DNA of 64,000 nucleotides. It comes from a bacterium. Lineage in GTDB: Bacteria > Zhuqueibacterota > Zhuqueibacteria > Residuimicrobiales > Krinioviventaceae. The notes under the pieces were generated by a model. It ran no database searches and was not told the DNA's origin. It was given only the letters and a program-made list of their open reading frames with translations. The position numbers and the translations under genes are program-made. The stretch spans positions 1,184,001 through 1,248,000 of the forward strand of contig OY843751.1 of assembly GCA_963693055.1 (NCBI GenBank). Reading direction: 5' to 3'. Shown here in pieces: positions 42,218 to 52,139 of the stretch. Each line of letters opens with the position of its first letter. Position 1 is the stretch's first letter.

Positions 42218-43258
42218 ATGCTGTACAAGTCTCTCGGTAATTCAGAGATATCTATTCCGCCTATTATTTTTGGTACCAGTTCTCTTGGTAATTTGTACCA
42301 GGCATTGAGTTATGAAACCAAATTCAAGATCATGAATGCTATTTATGAACAGATGGATGGTCCTTTTGTAATGGACACTGCCGGTAAATATGGTGCAGGT
42401 TTGGCACTTGAAGTCATTGGACAGGGATTGGATGATCTTGATATAACGGATGAAGCAATTATCAGTAACAAACTGGGTTGGATTAGGACACCTTTGAAAA
42501 CTCCCGAACCTATATTTGAACCGGGTGCCTGGATTGGCCTTGAAAACGATGCTGAGCAAAAGATCAGTTATAAAGGCATATTGGAATGCTGGGAACAGGG
42601 TTGTGAATTATTGGGTGGCAGAGAACCGCAGATCGTATCTGTGCATGATCCTGATGAATATCTGGCTCCGGCACAAAATGAAAAAGAACGAAAAGAACGA
42701 TTTGATGATATTTTGCAAGCCTACCGCGGGCTTGATGAACTTCGAAAAGAGGGTAAAACATCCGCCGTGGGTGTAGGCGCCAAAGACTGGCATGTAATAC
42801 GTAATATTGTGGAACAAGTGGATTTGGATTGGGTAATGCTGGCAGTAAGTTTTACCATATATACCCATCCACAAGAGATGCTCAATTTTTTGGATGAACT
42901 GCAAAAACGCAATATTGCGGTAATCAATTCTGCGGTATTTCATGCCGGATTTTTAACCGGCGGCAAATACTTTGATTATCAGGTATTGAATGAGCAGAAT
43001 GCTGAACATAAACATTATTTTGAATGGCGGGAACAGTTTTTTTCTCTTTGTAAAGAATGTCATGTACTGCCTTCTGATGCTTGTGTGCAGTTTGGAATGT
43101 CTCATCCTGCGGTTGTGAGTATTGCATTAAATACAAGCAAGCCGGAGCGAGTAGAACAGAATATTCGTTCTGTCTCAGCAGAAATCCCCAATGATTTTTG
43201 GGAAGCAATGAAATATAAAGGTTTGATGGATAAAGCTTATCCTTATGTAGCCAATTGA
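42218..43258 (+). CDS. Aldo/keto reductase, L-fucose/L-galactose 1-dehydrogenase-like
   Basis: FGTSSLGNL, DTAGKYG, SNKLG, VHD; context with lactonase and fucP. Confidence 0.8.
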   Translation: MLYKSLGNSEISIPPIIFGTSSLGNLYQALSYETKFKIMNAIYEQMDGPFVMDTAGKYGAGLALEVIGQGLDDLDITDEAIISNKLGWIRTPLKTPEPIFEPGAWIGLENDAEQKISYKGILECWEQGCELLGGREPQIVSVHDPDEYLAPAQNEKERKERFDDILQAYRGLDELRKEGKTSAVGVGAKDWHVIRNIVEQVDLDWVMLAVSFTIYTHPQEMLNFLDELQKRNIAVINSAVFHAGFLTGGKYFDYQVLNEQNAEHKHYFEWREQFFSLCKECHVLPSDACVQFGMSHPAVVSIALNTSKPERVEQNIRSVSAEIPNDFWEAMKYKGLMDKAYPYVAN

Positions 43259-43263
43259 GATGA

Positions 43264-44100
43264 ATGATGAAAATCATTGATTCACACCAACATTTTTGGA
43301 AATACACTCAATCGGAGTATGACTGGATTGATGACAGTATGCAGGTGTTGAAACGCGATTTTTTGCCACAAGACCTTGCCGCGGTTTATGCTGAAAATAA
43401 TATTTATGGATGTATCGCTGTACAGGCAAGGCAAAACCTTAAAGAAACCAATTGGTTGTTGGAGCTTGCTGAAAAGAATCCCTTTATTTTGGGTGTTGTT
43501 GGCTGGGTTGATCTTGTCAGCGAAAATGTTGATGAACAATTGGAAGCATTTACGGAATCAAAAAGTGCAGTTGGCGTTCGGCATGTTTTGCAGGACGAAC
43601 CGGATGACCGGTACATGCTGCAAGATGATTTTTTACGCGGTATTAGTCTGATTGAAAACTACGGGCTGGTTTATGATATTCTGATTTTTTCCCGTCAATT
43701 GCCATATGCTTGCGATTTGGTCAAACAGTTTCCTGAACAACAGTTTGTGTTGGATCATATTGCAAAACCTTTGATCAAAGACGGGATATTGGAATCCTGG
43801 GCCGGGAATATTCAGAAACTGGCGCAATATTCTAATGTGTCTTGCAAAGTTTCAGGAATGGTTACAGAGGCTGATTGGAATCATTGGACGGTTCAGGATT
43901 TTGGACCGTATCTCGATGTTGTGTTTAAAGCGTTTGGACCGGACCGGATTCTGTTCGGCTCGGATTGGCCGGTTTGTACAGTAGCCGGACAGTATAAGGA
44001 AATTTTGAATATAATTAAATCGTATTGTAATCCGTTGGATGTCTCTGATCAAATCAAAGTATTTGCAGACAATACGGAAAGAATATATAGTTTAAAGTAA
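43264..44100 (+). CDS. Amidohydrolase, L-fucono/L-galactono-1,5-lactonase-like
   Basis: IDSHQHFW, VQA, GVRH, LDHIAKP, FGSDWPVC. Confidence 0.88.
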   Translation: MMKIIDSHQHFWKYTQSEYDWIDDSMQVLKRDFLPQDLAAVYAENNIYGCIAVQARQNLKETNWLLELAEKNPFILGVVGWVDLVSENVDEQLEAFTESKSAVGVRHVLQDEPDDRYMLQDDFLRGISLIENYGLVYDILIFSRQLPYACDLVKQFPEQQFVLDHIAKPLIKDGILESWAGNIQKLAQYSNVSCKVSGMVTEADWNHWTVQDFGPYLDVVFKAFGPDRILFGSDWPVCTVAGQYKEILNIIKSYCNPLDVSDQIKVFADNTERIYSLK

Positions 44101-44112
44101 CAGGAGTATACA

Positions 44113-45168
44113 ATGTCAAATAGTATGAAAGCAGCAGTTTTAACCGAATATAAAAATATTGAATGGAAAACCATACCAGTACCGGAGATCAGTGATGAAG
44201 AAGTGTTGATCCATGTAAGTTATGGCGGTATCTGCGGAAGTGATCAGCACATCTTTTTAGGAGAATTTGCACCGCGTACATCCACACCTCTTGTGCAGGG
44301 CCATGAATTTGGTGGAACTGTAACCAAGGTGGGCGATAAAGTAACGGGATTCAGGGAAGGAGACCGTGTTGTTGTGGACCCCATTATTCCATGTGGGGAG
44401 TGTGGTGCGTGTAAGGTTAAACATTATCCCGCCTGTACAACATTAAAGCTGGTTGGTGTAGATCTTGATGGCGGCTTTGCTGAATATGTCAAAGTTCATG
44501 AAGGCATGGTCTACAAGATCTCTGATAAAATATCAGACAGACATTCGGCACTGGTTGAACTTTTTTCAATAGGTTTTCATGCCAGCAATCGTTCCGGAAT
44601 TCAGGCGGGGCAGTCAGCATTGATCTGGGGTGGTGGACGTGTAGGTCAGTGCATTATGCAGGCTGCGCGAACCATTACTGATAAATCCATTTTTGTGGTT
44701 GATGTATTGGACAAACGTTTGGAAATTGCCCAATCTACCTGCAAGGATATTACCATTATTAATCCGTTAAAGGAAAATCCAGTTGATGTGGTTATGGAAG
44801 CAACCGGTGGTATGGGTGTAGATGTTGCCTTTGAAGCAGTAGGACATGGAAAGCATCTGGAGAATGTGCCGGACCCGGTTTTGGGATGTGTAAAGTCCAT
44901 TCGAGGTGGCGGAACCATCTGTGTATTAGGTTTGTCAGATGAACCAGTACCTCTGGTAATGAAACATATTATCTGGAAAGAAGCAAAGCTCATTGCTTCC
45001 CGTGTTAGCCACGGAGAATTTAAAGAGGCCATTGAATATATGGATAAAGGTGAGCTGAATCCTGAAGTATTGATCTCTGCAGAATTTGGCGGCGATCAGG
45101 CACAACATGCTTTTGAGATTCTGGACAAGGAACCACAAAACTATCTCAAAGTGTTGTTGAAATTTTAA
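44113..45168 (+). CDS. Zn-dependent (MDR) dehydrogenase, candidate L-galactonate 5-dehydrogenase
   Basis: GICGSD, GHE, CGECGAC..C, DGGFAEY; substrate inferred from context only. Confidence 0.8.
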   Translation: MSNSMKAAVLTEYKNIEWKTIPVPEISDEEVLIHVSYGGICGSDQHIFLGEFAPRTSTPLVQGHEFGGTVTKVGDKVTGFREGDRVVVDPIIPCGECGACKVKHYPACTTLKLVGVDLDGGFAEYVKVHEGMVYKISDKISDRHSALVELFSIGFHASNRSGIQAGQSALIWGGGRVGQCIMQAARTITDKSIFVVDVLDKRLEIAQSTCKDITIINPLKENPVDVVMEATGGMGVDVAFEAVGHGKHLENVPDPVLGCVKSIRGGGTICVLGLSDEPVPLVMKHIIWKEAKLIASRVSHGEFKEAIEYMDKGELNPEVLISAEFGGDQAQHAFEILDKEPQNYLKVLLKF

Positions 45169-45180
45169 ATCAGAAAGTTT

Positions 45181-45582
45181 ATGGCAGAAACATTTAAACG
45201 CTATTGTAAAACATTAGAGTTGGTTGACAATTCTCAATTGATTGCAGAATACAAGAACCGTCATGCCATGGGTGCAGCCTGGTCGCAAGTGACTGAAGGA
45301 ATGAAAGCTGTTGGTATTCTGGATATGGAGATTTATATTAATGGTACATCTCTGTTTATGATCATGAATACCACGGCAGATTTTGATCACGATAAAGCTA
45401 TGGAAATGCTTGCCGGTTTACCCAGACAGCCTGAATGGGAAGCTTATATGTCTGATTTTCAAAAGACAGTCAAAGGTTCTTTGGAAAAAGAAAAGTGGAA
45501 GTTGATGGAACGCGTCTATAAAATGGAACAGGATGCGGAATACAAAGCAGTAGGCGGACAGGTTGAAAAAATAAATATATAA
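45181..45582 (+). CDS. L-rhamnose/L-fucose mutarotase family protein
   Basis: RYCKTL.L, EY..RH, GI.DMEIY, WE.YM..FQ. Confidence 0.85.
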   Translation: MAETFKRYCKTLELVDNSQLIAEYKNRHAMGAAWSQVTEGMKAVGILDMEIYINGTSLFMIMNTTADFDHDKAMEMLAGLPRQPEWEAYMSDFQKTVKGSLEKEKWKLMERVYKMEQDAEYKAVGGQVEKINI

Positions 45583-45603
45583 TACTGTATTGAAAGGGTA
45601 AAA

Positions 45604-46947
45604 GTGATGACAAATACAGCTACAGATCCAGTTACGGGTACCAGAAAAGAGACTGTCATTCCCAAAGAGTATTTTTTCTCATTTGTGTTGGTGACGAGTT
45701 TATTTGCTTTATGGGGATTTGCCAATGATATAACCAATCCCATGGTTGCGGCATTTAAAACCATATTGTTAACCAGTCATTTTCAAAGTTCTCTGGTGCA
45801 GTTTGCATTTTATGGTGGTTATTGTGTTATGGCAATTCCGGCAGCTCTTTTTATTAAACGATTTACCTACAAAAGTGGAATTCTTGTGGGGCTGGGTCTT
45901 TACTCGTTAGGTGCTTTGTTGTTTTTACCTTCCAGTTTGCTTGTAGCGTTTTGGGCGTTTTTAATCTCTTATTTCATTCTTACATGCGGTTTGTCTTTTT
46001 TAGAGACCAGTTCTAATCCTTACATATTGTCAATGGGACCAGAAGAAACATCTACTCGCCGTTTGAATTTTGCTCAGGCATTTAATCCTCTAGGTTCACT
46101 TACGGGTATGTTTATTGCCCAGCAGTTTATTCTGGCTCGTCTGGATGTTCGTTCTGATGAAGAACGACATCTCTTGTTGGAGACAGCCCCGGATAAATTC
46201 AGAGCATTACAGCTTAGCGATTTGGCAATTCTAAGAACTCCCTATATTATTATTGGTTTGATTGTACTGGTGTTTTTTCTGATTTTTGTATTGGCGCGCC
46301 TGCCTAAAACAAAAGGTGAAGAGGGTAAAGAACTTGATCTGAGTCCCACCTTGAAACGATTAGGTGCAAACAAAAAATATGTAGAAGGCGTAATAGCTCA
46401 GGCGTTTTATGTGGGTGTTCAGATTATGTGCTGGACTTTTATCATTCAATATGCTATGAATGAGTTGGGTATGACCAAAGATGCCGCACAAGGTTACAAT
46501 ATTATGGCTATGATCATTTTTTGTTCTAGCCGGTTTATCTGTACCTATTTGTTGAAATATTTCAGTCCCGGTGGTTTATTGATGAACCTTGCCGTCGCCG
46601 GATTGGTTTTGATACTTGGCACCATATTTATTAAAGGTATGGTCGGATTATACTGTCTGATTGGTGTGTCTGCGTGCATGTCTCTCATGTTTCCTACAAT
46701 TTATGGTATTGCTTTAAAAGGTTTGGGAGATGATGCCAAGTTGGGCGCAGCGGGTTTAATTGTTGCAATTGGTGGTGGTTCTATAATGCCGCCCATGCAG
46801 GCAGCAATAATGGATTTGAATGATTTTAATCTCGGTTTTATGACATTGTCCAGTACACGGGCATCTTTTGTATTACCGTTGATCTGTTTTATAGTTATTG
46901 CAATATATGGATTTAGAGCTTCATTGATTCATGGACATAAATATTAA
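45604..46947 (+). CDS. fucP: L-fucose:H+ symporter family MFS permease
   Basis: SLFALWGF, QFAFYGGY, LETSSNPY, RRLN.AQ.FN, YVG.Q, SLMFPTI. Confidence 0.88.
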   Translation: MMTNTATDPVTGTRKETVIPKEYFFSFVLVTSLFALWGFANDITNPMVAAFKTILLTSHFQSSLVQFAFYGGYCVMAIPAALFIKRFTYKSGILVGLGLYSLGALLFLPSSLLVAFWAFLISYFILTCGLSFLETSSNPYILSMGPEETSTRRLNFAQAFNPLGSLTGMFIAQQFILARLDVRSDEERHLLLETAPDKFRALQLSDLAILRTPYIIIGLIVLVFFLIFVLARLPKTKGEEGKELDLSPTLKRLGANKKYVEGVIAQAFYVGVQIMCWTFIIQYAMNELGMTKDAAQGYNIMAMIIFCSSRFICTYLLKYFSPGGLLMNLAVAGLVLILGTIFIKGMVGLYCLIGVSACMSLMFPTIYGIALKGLGDDAKLGAAGLIVAIGGGSIMPPMQAAIMDLNDFNLGFMTLSSTRASFVLPLICFIVIAIYGFRASLIHGHKY

Positions 46948-48374
46948 TGAGCATGAATCGAAGACAGTTTATTCGGAGGTTGGGTCAGGCAGCCGGATTC
47001 ATGGGACTATCCGGCTGCTCCTTTAATACACCGGCGGCTGATAAGCCAAATGTGCTGTTTATTTTTGCGGATGATCAGGCATTTGATACAATCAATGCAT
47101 TGGGCTATGAAGAGGTGCAAACACCGAACCTTGATCGTCTTGTTAAGAGCGGTGTTACGTTTACACATGCCTATAATCAGGGTGCCTGGCATGGTGCGGT
47201 TTGTGTAGCCAGCAGAACCATGCTAAATACAGGCAGATTTTTATGGGACGCTCAAAAATTGGAACCGGAACTGAAACAGGAGCAAAAGCATGGCCGGTTC
47301 TGGTCTCAGTATATGAAATCTGCCGGATATGAAACCTATATGAGTGGAAAATGGCATGTTAAGATTGATCCGCAACTTATCTTTGATCATGTTTTGGATG
47401 TAAGGCCCGGTATGCCCAATCAAACTCCTGAAGGATATGACCGGCCCCATAAGGGCAAAGATGATGTCTGGAAACCCTGGGATACCAGCAAAGAAGGATA
47501 CTGGAAAGGTGGCAAACACTGGAGTGAAGTGTTGGGCGATAACGCGGAAAAGTTTATTAATGATGCCCGGAATAAAGAGAATCCCTTTTTTATGTATCTG
47601 GCGTTTAACGCTCCTCACGATCCCCGCCAGTCTCCCAAAACGTTTGTAGAAAAGTACCCGGTTGAAGAAATATCAGTTCCGGAAAATTATCTGGATGAAT
47701 ACCCCTACAAAGATGCTATGGGTTGCAGTAAGGACCTTCGTGATGAGCGGCTGGCTCCTTTTCCCCGAACAAAATACGCTGTTAAAGTACATCGGCAAGA
47801 GTATTATGCAATTATCACCCATATGGATAAACAGGTTGGCCGCATTCTGGATGCGCTTGAAGCATCAGGTAAAGCTGAGAATACCGTCATCTTGTTTACT
47901 GCCGATCATGGATTGGCAATTGGCCATCATGGACTGATGGGAAAACAAAACATGTTTGACCACAGTATAAGGGTGCCTCTTTTTGTTTCCGGCAAAGGGA
48001 TCCCTCAGAATGTTAAAATTGATACCCCAGTGTATTTGCAGGATATAATGCCCTCAGCTCTCGAGATTGCAGGTGTTGTACAACCAGAGCAGGTCCGTTT
48101 CAAGAGTTTGATGCCGCTTTTGGATGGAAAGCAGCATGACCATTATGACAGTATTTATGGTGGTTATATGAATTTACAGCGGATGATTTGTGATGGGCAA
48201 TACAAACTCATCTATTATCCAAAGATTGAAAAAAATATTTTATATGACTTGGTTAATGATCCGCTTGAAATGAAAAATATTGCCGATGATCCTGCTTTTG
48301 CTGCTGTTGTTAGCAGACTGCAAAAGCAAATGATGAATAAACGTATTGAATATGGTGATCCTGCATTAGATTAG
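46947..48374 (+). CDS. S1 sulfatase (possible Tat lipoprotein)
   Basis: NRRQFIR..LSGC; ADDQ, CVASR, GKWH, APHDP, DHG. Confidence 0.92.
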   Translation: MSMNRRQFIRRLGQAAGFMGLSGCSFNTPAADKPNVLFIFADDQAFDTINALGYEEVQTPNLDRLVKSGVTFTHAYNQGAWHGAVCVASRTMLNTGRFLWDAQKLEPELKQEQKHGRFWSQYMKSAGYETYMSGKWHVKIDPQLIFDHVLDVRPGMPNQTPEGYDRPHKGKDDVWKPWDTSKEGYWKGGKHWSEVLGDNAEKFINDARNKENPFFMYLAFNAPHDPRQSPKTFVEKYPVEEISVPENYLDEYPYKDAMGCSKDLRDERLAPFPRTKYAVKVHRQEYYAIITHMDKQVGRILDALEASGKAENTVILFTADHGLAIGHHGLMGKQNMFDHSIRVPLFVSGKGIPQNVKIDTPVYLQDIMPSALEIAGVVQPEQVRFKSLMPLLDGKQHDHYDSIYGGYMNLQRMICDGQYKLIYYPKIEKNILYDLVNDPLEMKNIADDPAFAAVVSRLQKQMMNKRIEYGDPALD

Positions 48375-48403
48375 GGTAATGATGCAGATTGTCTATTCAT
48401 TCT

Positions 48404-48436
48404 AGAGGACCAGTTGGGTAGACTGGTCCTTTTTTT
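48404..48436 (+). terminator. Intrinsic terminator
   Basis: AGGACCAGT..ACTGGTCCT followed by T-run. Confidence 0.85.
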
Positions 48437-48488
48437 ATTTGTATTCATGTTTTGAAAATTGTATTTTAATTAGATGTTTTGACGGAGG

Positions 48489-49169
48489 ATGTACACCATG
48501 GCTGATAAAGTAATACTTGTTCTTTCCTTGATACTCTTGTTTACCCTTTATGGTCGAAATACGAATGCCGCTACTTTTTTAACCATTGGAGATTCTAATG
48601 GTGCCAGTGAACACGGCTGGGTTGTGCAACTGCAAAAAATTTATCCCGATGTAAGAATTATTAACCGGTCTATTAGCGGTAATACCATTGGGTTTGATAA
48701 TAATGGTGACATTGGCTTGAACACATTACGTAAAATAGATCAATATCTTGCTACAGCCGTTAAGGATGCCAAACCTGAAAAGATTGATAAAATTCTGATT
48801 TGTCTGGGTACCAATGATTGCAAAGCCGTATTTGCCGACAGTCTGGCCAAAGTACCAGATAATATGAGGCAGTTGATTGTAAAAATACGTTCATTTTATA
48901 ATGAAAGCAGTCCCGAAATTATTATTGTTTCTCCACCGCCATACGGTCCTGATCGGATTTTGAAAGAAAAATATCATGGTGGTGATTCACGTGTCAAGGT
49001 ATTGACTTTTTTGCTCAGAGCTTTGGCTAAAGAAATGAACTGTGGATTTGTTGATATTTACTCTGTCCTTGAACCTGTTTATGAACAATATGCACCGGAT
49101 GGTGTTCATATGAAAGCTGAAGGACAAATGATTATAGCAAAAACCATTCAAGATTATTTGGATAAATAA
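48489..49169 (+). CDS. Secreted SGNH/GDSL hydrolase (carbohydrate esterase-like)
   Basis: GDSN, SG, GTND, DGVH; signal peptide. Confidence 0.88.
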   Translation: MYTMADKVILVLSLILLFTLYGRNTNAATFLTIGDSNGASEHGWVVQLQKIYPDVRIINRSISGNTIGFDNNGDIGLNTLRKIDQYLATAVKDAKPEKIDKILICLGTNDCKAVFADSLAKVPDNMRQLIVKIRSFYNESSPEIIIVSPPPYGPDRILKEKYHGGDSRVKVLTFLLRALAKEMNCGFVDIYSVLEPVYEQYAPDGVHMKAEGQMIIAKTIQDYLDK

Positions 49170-49183
49170 AAAGGGAGTCTCTC

Positions 49184-50740
49184 ATGGCTGATGTATCTCG
49201 TAGAAATTTCACAAAAATGATGGCAGGGGGAATTATATCGAGTGCAGCCGTTACTTCTACAATTGCACCTAAAAATGCACAGGCTGCTAAAAAGAAACCC
49301 AATATTGTTTTTATCTGTTCGGACCAGCATAGTTATAAAGTCAATGGATTTATGGGGCACCCTATTGTACGAACACCCAATCTTGATCGTATTGCAAAAG
49401 AGGGTGTTGTGTTTGATAATGCCTACAGTGGGCATCCGGTATGTACCCCGGGACGGGCCAGTATGATGACAGGTATGTTTGCGCATGACAGTAATTCTTT
49501 CTGCAATTCAACCGTTTGGGATGGCAGTCAGCCGCTGTGGTCAAATTATTTAAAAGGTGAAGGGTATTATTGCCGGGCTATAGGCAAGCTCGATCTTTCT
49601 GATGAACATGATACCGGCTTTGAAGAAATTGAAACATCGCATGGACATCAATATAAACCGGATATTACCTCATTGTTTCGCAGACCGGTTGCATACCGTG
49701 TGAATGAACGCCCGAATGTTGATGGAAAGCCGCGTAATAAAGCGCACAAAGATGCCCAAAAAACTCAACTCGGACTCGATTTTTTACAAAAAGAAGCTAA
49801 AGATAAAAAACAGCCCTGGGCATTATACGTGGGTTTGACCCAACCGCATCCCGCTTTTGTTGCATTGAAAAAATATTATGACATGTATCCAACATACAGT
49901 ATGGATATGCCCAATATTCCACCGGGATTTTTGGAAGAACAACATCTGGTTTATCAGGAATTGCAGAGATTTAAAAGAATTGCAACTCCAATTAGTGAAG
50001 AACGGATACGCAAGGCGCGTGCCGCGTATTATGGAATGGTGTCTGAATTGGACGAGTATGTAGGCAAGATTTATAATGAACTGAAGCAGTCCGGCGAGTT
50101 GGAAAATACCCTGTTTATCTATACATCCGATCATGGAGAATCTTTGGGCGAACATGGTTTATGGTTCAAGAATAATCTGTATGATATGGCTGCACGTGTT
50201 CCGCTGGTAATGGCAGGTGCGGGTCTGCCAAAGGGTAAGCGGGTAAACGCACCGGTGGCGCATGTTGATGTAGCCGCCAGTATGCTGGACCTTGCCGGTT
50301 CAGATGGAGTTGAAAAACTACGTGGACACTCTTTGATCCCCATGGTGTTTGATCAAAAGGGTGACCATCCGGGATACGCGTTCAGCGAGTGTCATTCAGA
50401 GGGCAACGCAACCGGTTCATACATGATTCGTAAAGGCGACTGGAAATACATCCACTTTACCTGGTACGATGACATGTTGTTCAATATGAAAGACGATCCC
50501 GGCGAGTTTAATAACTTAATTGATGATCCCGCGGCTCAGGATGTAAGAAAAGAGCTTGAAGGTATTCTCAATTCACTGGTTGATGCGGATGCGGTTACCC
50601 TCAAAGCATTCAAAGCCCAGGAGGAAAAGTTGAACAGTATAGCTAAAGATAAATCCGTTACTGATTTGTTTGAACTGTTCAAAGGACGATTGGGAGATGG
50701 ACTTGCCATGGCGCTTGCAATGAAAACAAAAGGGAATTGA
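49184..50740 (+). CDS. S1 sulfatase (Tat), choline-sulfatase-like
   Basis: SRRNFTK; SDQH, CTPGR, QPHP, SDHGE. Confidence 0.92.
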   Translation: MADVSRRNFTKMMAGGIISSAAVTSTIAPKNAQAAKKKPNIVFICSDQHSYKVNGFMGHPIVRTPNLDRIAKEGVVFDNAYSGHPVCTPGRASMMTGMFAHDSNSFCNSTVWDGSQPLWSNYLKGEGYYCRAIGKLDLSDEHDTGFEEIETSHGHQYKPDITSLFRRPVAYRVNERPNVDGKPRNKAHKDAQKTQLGLDFLQKEAKDKKQPWALYVGLTQPHPAFVALKKYYDMYPTYSMDMPNIPPGFLEEQHLVYQELQRFKRIATPISEERIRKARAAYYGMVSELDEYVGKIYNELKQSGELENTLFIYTSDHGESLGEHGLWFKNNLYDMAARVPLVMAGAGLPKGKRVNAPVAHVDVAASMLDLAGSDGVEKLRGHSLIPMVFDQKGDHPGYAFSECHSEGNATGSYMIRKGDWKYIHFTWYDDMLFNMKDDPGEFNNLIDDPAAQDVRKELEGILNSLVDADAVTLKAFKAQEEKLNSIAKDKSVTDLFELFKGRLGDGLAMALAMKTKGN

Positions 50741-50741
50741 T

Positions 50742-52088
50742 ATGAGACGAAGAGAATTTATGAAATCATTGGGAGTATTGGCGGCAACAACAATGACCGG
50801 CAGTATTGCCTGCTCGAAACCCAAAAAACTGCCCAATATTGTATTGATCATCTCTGATGATACCGGCTGGCATGATGTAGGATATCACGGATCAAAAATC
50901 AAGACTCCGGTTTTAGACAAGCTGGCAAAAGAAAATGTAGAGCTGGACCGGTTTTATGTGTATCCGGTTTGTTCACCCACGCGTGCTTCATTGTTGGGAG
51001 GAAGACCTCCAAGCAGATGGGGGATTAACGCACCCATAGGTGGCAGAAGTAAACAAGCATTGCCACATGAACAGCCTACGCTGGCGGGACTGCTGCAAAC
51101 AGTAGGCTATAAAACCGCTTTGGCTGGTAAATGGCACCTGGGATTACGACCGGAAGTGGGTCCCCGAAAATACGGATTTGACAGTACCTATGGCTATCTG
51201 CATGGGCAGATCGATCAGTATACGCATCATTATAAAAACGGAGACCGCAGCTGGCACCGCAATGACCAGTTTATTGATGAAGAAGGGCATGCAACCGATC
51301 TAATCACAAACGAAGCCAAGCGAGTGATCACCGAATGGAGCAAGGCCCCGGAGCCGTTTTTTCTACACATTGCATACAGTGTGCCGCACTATCCTTTACA
51401 AGAAGAAGATAGATGGGTTGAGCCTTATAATGATACTATTGAAAACAAGTCACGCAGATTGTTTGCGGCTTCCATGACGCACATGGATGCTCGTATAGGA
51501 GATGTGTTAGAGACCATAAAAGAATCCGGTATTGAGCAGGAAACCCTGGTGATCTATCTCAGTGACAATGGCGGGCAAAAAGACTGGTATCCTAAAACCG
51601 AGTATAACTTGAAGCATGGCCCCAATGATGTGCTGGGTAACAACCTGCCACTTAACGGATGGAAAGGGGATCTGTATGAGGGCGGCATCCGTGTGCCGGC
51701 AATTGTAAGATGGCCTGGTAAACTCGGCAGTGCCAAAGTGGATGAAACTATTATTGTTTATGATATTTTGACAACCGTATCCAGACTGACCGGTGTAACT
51801 TTTCAGCAGGATTGGGTATATGAAGGCATCGATGTTTGGCCAGCACTTGCTGAACAATCCAAGCTCCCGGAAAGGGTGTTCTACTGGCGCTCAAATAAAG
51901 AATATGCAGTGCGCAAAGGGAACTGGAAGCTGGTCCATGTTGGGAAAAAGCTGGAAGAGGGAGAAGAACTGCTGTTTGATGTGATTGCCGATCCCTATGA
52001 ACAATCGAACGTTTTGGACAATCATCCGGATATTGTGGCTGACTTGAAAGCCGAGATGGTAAAGCAAGCAGCAATGGATTTGGAATGA
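50742..52088 (+). CDS. S1 arylsulfatase (possible Tat lipoprotein)
   Basis: MRRREFMK..SIAC; SDD, CSPTR, GKWHLG, SDNG. Confidence 0.92.
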   Translation: MRRREFMKSLGVLAATTMTGSIACSKPKKLPNIVLIISDDTGWHDVGYHGSKIKTPVLDKLAKENVELDRFYVYPVCSPTRASLLGGRPPSRWGINAPIGGRSKQALPHEQPTLAGLLQTVGYKTALAGKWHLGLRPEVGPRKYGFDSTYGYLHGQIDQYTHHYKNGDRSWHRNDQFIDEEGHATDLITNEAKRVITEWSKAPEPFFLHIAYSVPHYPLQEEDRWVEPYNDTIENKSRRLFAASMTHMDARIGDVLETIKESGIEQETLVIYLSDNGGQKDWYPKTEYNLKHGPNDVLGNNLPLNGWKGDLYEGGIRVPAIVRWPGKLGSAKVDETIIVYDILTTVSRLTGVTFQQDWVYEGIDVWPALAEQSKLPERVFYWRSNKEYAVRKGNWKLVHVGKKLEEGEELLFDVIADPYEQSNVLDNHPDIVADLKAEMVKQAAMDLE

Positions 52089-52120
52089 AAAAAAGCCGCA
52101 AATTTTAGCGGCTTTTTTTT
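52088..52120. terminator. Bidirectional intrinsic terminator between convergent genes
   Basis: AAAAAAAGCCGC..GCGGCTTTTTTTT. Confidence 0.9.
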
Positions 52121-52139
52121 ATTATGGTTTTACAAATAT

